This document shows, piece after piece, positions 55,999-64,000 of a stretch of DNA of 64,000 nucleotides; the stretch's first letter is position 1; the number at the start of each line of letters is the position of its first letter. The notes beneath the pieces were generated by a model that was not told where the DNA came from, made no database searches, and saw nothing but the letters and a program-made list of their open reading frames with translations. The stretch lies in the NCBI GenBank assembly GCA_965644295.1, contig CBFFRP010000431.1, forward strand, positions 62,001-126,000. The letters are read 5' to 3'. This DNA is from Paraphysomonas bandaiensis. Taxonomy: Eukaryota; Protista; Chrysophyceae. The position numbers and the translations under genes are program-made.

Positions 55999-57237
55999 CA
56001 GGGCTGCGTATCAATTAATTGACGCAGGTTGTAGTCAATTATAATTGCAATTATTACTTGCTGTCTCAATTTCAACTATTGCAATTAACTGCAATTAATT
56101 GCAATTATTTAGTACTAAAATAAACTAGCTGCGAATATAGCTACCTCAACTGTCATTTCATTCCAGAGGCAACGATTCATGCGTAAAAACATAATTAGCA
56201 CTAAATGTTGAGGAGTCAAGCTCTTGAGCAAGCCCGTCATAACAATCGTAGCCTCTACTGAACAACCTCTCAACCTTATTGGTTGTGCTATGCAAGTGTT
56301 TCATCCGTAACGAGTTAGCTGATTAAGTCTTGCTCGCTTCCGCTGCCTGATACCATCAAACAAACGTTGCGCTGCGTCGTCATTCGGAGCTAGACTCGCA
56401 CCGTCATAATCTTCTTCTTCCTCATCGAACAAATATATTTTAGTTTGATCCTTTGCCGTCGGAGTTACGGCTTCGTTGCCACATTGAATCTTCACGACTG
56501 CCTTTTCGAAAGCAGCGTTATGAATAATAGCAGCACTGTCGCCCAGATGACGCTCAACAATCGGGTGCATTATGAAGGGTTCGTCAATTAATGTATGTGC
56601 AAACGTCGTGGAAGTCAAGCTGGTGTTAACCTTACTTCTGTAATTGTACAACACTTATTTTTATAATACAGGGTATAATATACATGTATATACTCTGTAT
56701 ATAGGTGGATAGAGTCCTACAATTAGAATTTTAACACATCGGATCCAAACTCGAATGATCGCATATGATTAGATAGAAGCAAGTAGCGATCAATCACGAA
56801 AAATGTGGAGCCCCTTTTCCTGCAGGACAAATCTCTATTGTAGCCTTTTCGTTATTATTATCATCATTCATTTACTTTCTCAAATAACACTCGTGCAATG
56901 ACTTCTGGTGCCAATTTGTCGCTCCTATCGCTAATTAATTAAATGAATTACTATGTGAAATAATCCTATGGATATTATAGTATTTCACCAATTTTCGATT
57001 TTTATCCTAAAAATTGGTTTTTGTTACTAAAAATACCGTTTTTTAACAACGTTTCAGCATAAAAAGATGGGTTTTTTAATATCAATTAATTGCAATTAAT
57101 TGACAATTAATTGAAGTCAGCTGGAGTCAATTATAATTGCAATTATGAATCGATGTCCCAATTTCAACAATTGCAATTTCAATAATTGACAATTAATTGC
57201 AATTAATTGAAAGTCAATTAATTGATACGCAGCCCTG
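55999..57237 (-). mobile_element. Non-autonomous hAT DNA transposon, 1239 bp
   Basis: Perfect 25-bp TIR CAGGGCTGCGTATCAATTAATTGAC and 8-bp TSD GTAATAAT (55991-55998, 57238-57245). Internal decayed transposase C-terminus: IIHNAAFEKAVVKIQ, TNKVERLFS...IMFLRMNRCLW. Confidence 0.95.
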
Positions 57238-58109
57238 GTAATAATGTGCCCCCAACGGCTGTTGCCGCGTTGTCTCCGAGCATAGGTACTAATACTACTG
57301 TAAGTAGTAGTGGTGTTATTGCATGCAGTAGTAGTGGAGATAGCTATATTATGAGTATGCAATGTATCTAAAATCAGGCTATTCGGTTGGAGCGTTTGCA
57401 ATTTACCCCCTCGCCCATGTTTCTCAAACTAGGCACACTCGAATTACTAATTCAGAATTCATGCCTCCACAAAGTCCTGCAGAGTCTTACCCCAAGGGAC
57501 GCCCCCCTCACTAATAACCCCATCTGCACTACTAGACCTCACGCCCATAGAGATCTTCTCCCTCACATATACAGAAACGGAAGTGGTCACACCTTGATGC
57601 TTCTGCTTCATATATAACAGGATATGAGAATTTGTACTAGTTTGCTAGGTAGTTACGGGTAGAAGTCTATGTAGGTTGGCTACAATATTCATCTAGCTAC
57701 TTATCTGGTGCTAATTCTTGACGCCTATTGCTAATAATAAGTAATAAGACTTTCATATACATTCACTACGCAGCCCTGTAGTTTAAGGTGCCTGTTTATA
57801 GCCGTTAATCGTGAACCATTATTTTTACAATTAAGCTAATGCTGTTTTACATTTCTTAATAATGTATTAGGAAATATATCAGAGAAATTGAATTATTGCG
57901 ACTGTGTAGCAGATAATGAATCATTGATTGGCTGAAGTGATTTTAATCAATAGAGCAGATTTCAATGAATTGTAAGAACTTTTTCCACAATCTTAAAAGT
58001 AATTGAGCGCTATGTGCATTTATTTTTCTTCAAAGGTTAATAATTTCGATTTATCACACAATAAAGAGAGATCATTATTCTATTACGACAATGAAATATG
58101 TAATCTACA

Positions 58110-61100
58110 TTACCTACTGCTTGAACTCTGTCGTTCTGCCTTATTAGCATCTGACAGTGACTGCATTTCAATAACAGCTCCCGTCTGAACAAAGGAGAGA
58201 AATATGGGCCAATCTACCACGCCATCAGTATCCACTTTCGAGCCTGCATCACGCTGAAGAGTCATAAACTTCATGAATATACGCCGCAATAACGTGCGGT
58301 TATAACGAATAGCATCCTCTTTTCGAGTTTTTGTAGCTGTTCTCGTTCGCACGAGAGATTCTGGCGCAACGTGTTGAATAGTATTCAAAAAATCATCATA
58401 CGATAGATAAGGGGTCGGGTAATTTTCTGTCCTACCCCTATTGCGGGGATATATCGACTCCGCAGATAATCCTATCAATTCTTTACGCATCTGGAGTTTC
58501 AAGTGGTTAAGAAAGATATCATTCAATGACATAGTTTCACCTGACGAAGAAGGTATACCTCTTCTCTGGTAAACATAAAACTATTGGCATCTTTAGCAGG
58601 CGCGGGGCTGCTTTCTGCAACAGCTGAACTAAACTGCGATGATGGTGCGACAATTTTGTTCGCCTTTCTTTGTGCCGATATCGCTGCCATCGACTTGCGA
58701 ATGCGAGATACTTCCCTATCCTTGTTCAGCACAGACGTCGTCTCTTTGGACTCCTCGCCAGTAGGGGCGGGAGTGGCAGTCACTACATCCCCACATTCGA
58801 TATCAACATGAAGAACGTCCTGAGTCTTTGTTGCCGACACTTTTAAATCTCGCCGCAGAGGGCGACTGAACTGAGCAGCGCGGTTGAATAAGGACCCACT
58901 CTCATTATTAATACCAAGAGATGACTTCAATGCTGAGGATAATATACCGGAATACAGCTCGTCGGATTCAGCATCTTGGAGAGAAGACTCAAGCATTTCC
59001 TTGTCAGGTGGATACCACTTAACAACTGCAAATAAGTGTCTGCGCAACTTTGGTGGCACCTGAAGTAATGTAGGTGTCACGAGCTACATAACATGACAAT
59101 GTACTTGGCGCACCATTGATGCTAAGTTTGGGTCTTCTGATGCTTCCACCACTACAGTTTCGGGACGGTGTCTCGCCAGCATTTCACTCGTATCAGCAGC
59201 AATAAACTTCTCCGTACGATGCAAAATAATAGGACAGTAAGCAATTATCCCGCGAACCTCAGAATAAAGCTTCTTAGACCCTTTCGATGTCTCCACCTCA
59301 GCCTCATTGAAGAATAATGATTTCAAAAACTTGTACATCGGCTCAATAAAAATAACAATCGCAATAAAAAGGATGACTACAATCGCAGTCCACTGAATAC
59401 ACATTCCTGTTAAAGTCTCTACGAAACAGATATTACGATGCATACCTTGTATGTGTGCAGAATAGAAGCCTGACTGTTGCTGTGCCACGATTGCTTTATA
59501 TATATCACATGAGCTAAATTGGGATTACATGAAACGAGACATACCACAGACATTGTCCACAAACGGTAGGGTGGTGTCTTGTTAACTTTGTGAATGACAT
59601 CACCTTTCTCATACGCGCTATCCAGCGGCCAGCTGAATGGAGGAATATGCGATTAGCAATGCAACTTGTAAAGTATTATTCTTACCTATATATGAACCGA
59701 GTGGTAACGTACATGTGTACTGCCACTGCAAATAGTATGTATTCTCGAATCTAAATCAAAGTTAAGACAGGGTATGCATAAATCACATAGGTTCTCACAG
59801 TAGACGCCATAGTCGCGTCCAACATCGGTGGGATTTTAGTCTTTCGTAGAAGAAGAAATCTGTCTACGGCAAAGAGCACAAGACACGCCACACAAGACAC
59901 GAAAAGTGCTGTTGGAGTCAAGATCGAATAGAAAAGCGAGATAAACATGATCTGAAATTAAAATATTGTCAATAAATAAATGAGACGCGATTCACATGTT
60001 ACCTTAGATATCTCGGTATATCTGTCTGCAAGAGTAAATTGAGACCCCTCCCAGTATTGGTTCATCTGTGCTTGAGTTGCTACAGCAAAATATAACTACA
60101 ACTAGTGGCAATACATTCACACGAGGAACATACTCGACAGGATACGAGAAATAAACCATCTGTTGACCAGTCCTGGAAGATCCAATACTTTAACAAAAGG
60201 AGAAACGAAACTAGCAGATAACTACAGAAATCGTGTCAGAGAAGGGTATCGTATATAGGTACATACCTGAATATTTATAATCTTTACGATTTCGATTTCA
60301 TTGAGAAAATCCGGCCACTGCGTATAGAGTAAGGGGAAATTTTCTTTGCAAAACATCGTACCGCAGTATTAACAAAATTAAATACGACTGCAGTCAATAG
60401 CTTCGCCGCATAGAGTTTAAACTGAATCCCACAATTAATATATGACGTAGGGAGCAATAACACGGGTGCATCTACCAAGAGACTATTCTGCCGGTCATCC
60501 TCGTCAACATGCTCCTCCACTGCAGTGATGTATATAAACGTCTGAGGCAACAATAGGTCCAGCTTCACACTAGTTAGCATCATAAACAAAAGTACACATC
60601 ATTGACTTACCCCGCCAATAGCCATGGGAACAAAGAGAGGGTAGTTGACAAACGTGTACTGGATGACGTAATAACTGATGGCCATTGCAGCCCCAGCAAG
60701 AAACCAACCAGCCGTCTTACGTAAAAGTCTGTAGTATACAATCGCTTCAGTACAGCCTTGAACAAAAGGCTCCACAAACCTCTCTGCAGTAGAGTTGTCA
60801 AGATGCAACCAAAGGATGTTGTTTGGTTCAGCGCTCTCAACTACACTTAACACATCTGCGTTGCGAAACTTGGTTCTACCCTATATAAACAAATCCACAG
60901 TGGGGACGCAAAACACTAACTAAGGTCTATATTCTTACCCGGCCACCAATGTCGTAAATAGACTCCAACTTACTCACCCCGAGTTCCTATTTCTGATATA
61001 ATTCCACGATTATGGCGGCAAAATAACCAACCTTGAGACATAGTCGTTGCTCGTATTCGCTCTCAAAACTGACGTAGACCCTATAAGAAATCATCCTCGG

Positions 61101-62137
61101 TATGAATTATAACTTATTAAAGCAACTGCACCTAGATACAGGAAACTGGATCTTGGATACTTCTTCGATTTTTTTGTTTAACTCGCACAGTATCCTAATC
61201 CAATAGAAATGGTCTCTCCCAAACCCCATCGACTGTACATCATGCAATTATGATGACATACATCCACAACATTAACATACGACCTGTTTCAGCTTCAACC
61301 AGCAAGACTGCTCGGGCATATTAGGGAACTCTTTCTTGTCCTGAACTTGCTCAGCCATCCTCGGATTAAGTTTTCGCAGTATCATCCGCTTCTTCAGCAG
61401 CAAACGGATGAGCGGCTTGTTCTTCTTCGCTACTGTTACATTCCTCACACGTCCAAAGCGACCGAAGAAGTCTCTATATTCATCAGGGTCGCAGGCATCT
61501 GCCACTGGGTCATTGACTACTACCGAGTAGTCCTGAGAGGTTTGTATAGCCTCATCCAATCGATCCTCTACATGATCGATAAACATATTGAAGTACATGA
61601 CAATAACAATAAACAAACACATCGCGATATCCGCCACAACTGCCTTTTCGGGTATGTTACAGTCTTCGCGGTAATCTACACTACAGCTCATTGATTCAGA
61701 CGAGCAGCCTTCAGTAGCATTGACAACCACTACTTGCCCGCAAGCTGCGGTACCGGAAATACGAGGATCGGAGCTTCCGTGGCGATCAGAGTTTACATAT
61801 CCCACTATAGCAGGTAACATTATTGCCCCCGCAGTAAAACTAATAGCCGCAATGATTAACAATTGAAGCAAGTACACACTCACACCCAACCCAAATTGGG
61901 CCATTGATTTGAAACTCAAGTCGAAATACGGGTATAGGTGACCACCCTCATCATTACGACTGGCTCGTCTGTATTTAGTCTTCTCACACTGCCGTCCATC
62001 CTTTTTAGTTGTAACAACCTCTTCCGCTATACGACGAGGAAGAACTTTTGTTACAAAATGTTCCTAATTTAACATTATAAACAGTGTTATTATTAATTCA
62101 CAGTATAAACCTGAGCAAGTATTACTGAGGGTTTCAT
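58110..62137 (-). CDS. OSCA/CSC1/TMEM63-like channel protein (many exons; start approximate)
   Basis: FGLGVSVY, QDYSVVV, FFGRFGRV...VYVSFE (RRM-like cytosolic loop), AEPNNILW, LADRY...ISLFYS, DRFLLLR...PP; multiple TM segments. Confidence 0.7.
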
Positions 62138-62882
62138 ACAAACAAATTACAAGAATATAAGAAGATAATGAAGCTAATGAATAGTGAATTGTTTCTTAAG
62201 ACATCAGTGTCGATGATATCTGAAGAGGTTTACTATAGTGATATATATCCAATCGAAGCTTTTACTTATGAATCCCTCACAAGAGACAGACGCGTGATTT
62301 TAAATATAGACGAATATATACATACAAAAAAAAACAGCGAAACAGACATTCAAATTAACGCTATACTGCCATACATACAGAGTTGAGACTGGTATACATA
62401 CATGTACAGCAGCAGTATATAGCAGAGCTGTCCATGCAACTACCATACATAGGTATGATATGGACACTGGACAGGACATGTTGTGTACATATGGACTACG
62501 ACATGACGGTTGGTATACAGCAGTGTAGTATGGCTCCGTCATCGTTTTTTTACGTATATAGTAGGAACGTATGTATGTAAGTGGAGCCTATCGTCGTATG
62601 TATGTATGTCTACATATCGCGAAATCATATGTTGATTGATAGGAGACTCGGGGCATCAAATAGGTCTTATTCATACGTAATTTTCACTATCCCGGACGTA
62701 CATTATACACTTACTAACACTTACAGTGTATTGTTCATAAGGCTAGTTCGCTTTGTATTGTTTCATTAGGTAATAGTCACTGTATCTCACTTGTGTCCTT
62801 AGCAGTTCATTAATATGCATATATGTGTTTGTAGACTTTATTATTGATCGGTATAACTATTAAATAGCCATCAATAATAGTA

Positions 62883-63689
62883 ATGGAAGACCATGGGAGC
62901 GATTTTAGTGACAATGATCTCGACTTTGAAGATTTTTTTGATTTTGCATCGCCCAAGAAGGTTACATATATGCACATTGTGGATAAAACACTATTAATAT
63001 ACTGTATGTCGTACAGAGATCATATAGTGAAGTAGATTGTCCAACTGTCAATCACACTTATGAGGTGCTTCCAGATACTATGTAAGTTTGTGGTTCTATT
63101 GAATTATAAGGTTTAAAGCCTGTTTAGTTCCTCGAATCCCTGCAATCATGAAGACACATCCCCGTGGGAAATTTTCCCTATCGATCAGTGGGCAAAAGTA
63201 CAGATTTTGGGGCGTATTGCGGACTCGCGAAAGGTCTTGACCCCAGAAACTCACCGAACGCGCTCGACAGACGGAATTAATAGCATGAAAGTAGTATATG
63301 ATGCATGTGAGGAGGGCACCAGCTTGAAGAAACGCCGGATGAACGACGACAAGTCGATGTTAAGCTCGGATGCTAGAATAGAACACAACAAAATGCCAGC
63401 TGTAGCGCTTGCTCCTGTTTCTGTTGCATCTCTTTTACGGCAGCCTGAGGCATCTGATGTACCTAGTAGACCGAAGAACATGAAGGAATGGTCACAATTG
63501 TTTAAACAGAGTTCGGAATTGTATTCGGCCATCACTTCAAAGAATGATTCATGTAGAGACTATAAAAAAGCGGAATTAGTGCAAGTGTACATGTTACTGC
63601 AGTCTGCTGGGGAGGCACTTGGAGTGAATGAGATATTAATAGGCCACGTGACTGAGAAACTGAACGTTCTTTTCCCCACTAGGTCATGA
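62883..63689 (+). CDS. Hypothetical protein (multi-exon, acidic N-terminus, possible NLS KKRR)
   Basis: ATG at 62883 (MEDHGSDFSDND...) links through plausible short introns to ORF 63207-63689; no family recognised. Confidence 0.5.
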
Positions 63690-64000
63690 CTTTTGACATA
63701 TATATCAGCATCAGTTGAGTAAGCTGGACAGATGAAAATCATTGCACAGCAGTGCGGGATACAGAGTTATTATTGCTGATGCTTTACTTTCACTGATACT
63801 AATAAAAACATTAGAGTGTATTTGTCCTTTGTTCGCACAATTACTACCCGACTTGCGTAACAATTACTTGGTTATAATTGGACTACATATGGGATCTTAC
63901 ATAGTTCCTCTTTGCATTAAGAGATTGAATTATCATGAGCACTATACATTTCACGCTTACTATTCAGTCAGAGAATTTCAGTGAGTAGATGTAGTTTATA

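Noticed and set aside
59051-59125. Apparent TAG read-through or 21-nt micro-intron between in-frame ORFs
   Set aside because: A normal 54-nt GT-AG intron (GTGCGC...TTCAG on the minus strand) removes the stop.

Overview
This is eukaryotic nuclear DNA from a compact, gene-dense genome with short (about 45-65 nt) GT-AG introns. It is most likely a stramenopile, possibly a chrysophyte-like alga; this is inferred from the Hsp90 N-terminus ([13 protein letters not shown]) and the gene content. About 18 protein-coding genes can be supported: a CAF16/ABCI-type ABC ATPase, a full-size ABCG transporter, a JmjC protein, a cyclin-Y-like protein, a TIGR02466-type 2OG-Fe(II) oxygenase, an SMPD4-like protein, Rab18, cytosolic Hsp90, a giant RCC1-LamG-SPRY-HECT E3 ligase, SAHH, REV7, a CTD small phosphatase, an E2-Zn finger-F-box-TerD fusion, a GT8 glycosyltransferase, an OSCA/TMEM63-like channel and three unknowns. 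Mobile and repeat DNA: an intact-ended non-autonomous hAT element (25-bp TIRs, 8-bp TSD) plus two relics of the same family, a Copia RT/RNase H remnant, scrambled Gypsy fragments, a 23 x 21-bp minisatellite capped by a perfect palindrome, and a 1.1-kb segment bounded by direct repeats. No rRNA, tRNA or CRISPR array was recognised. The best candidates for something new are (1) the ubiquitin E2 / Zn finger / F-box / TerD single-chain protein and (2) a JmjC enzyme with a halogenase-type HxA iron motif. In addition, 16 of 18 genes sit in head-to-head pairs. All family calls are by eye from motifs; no database searches were run.
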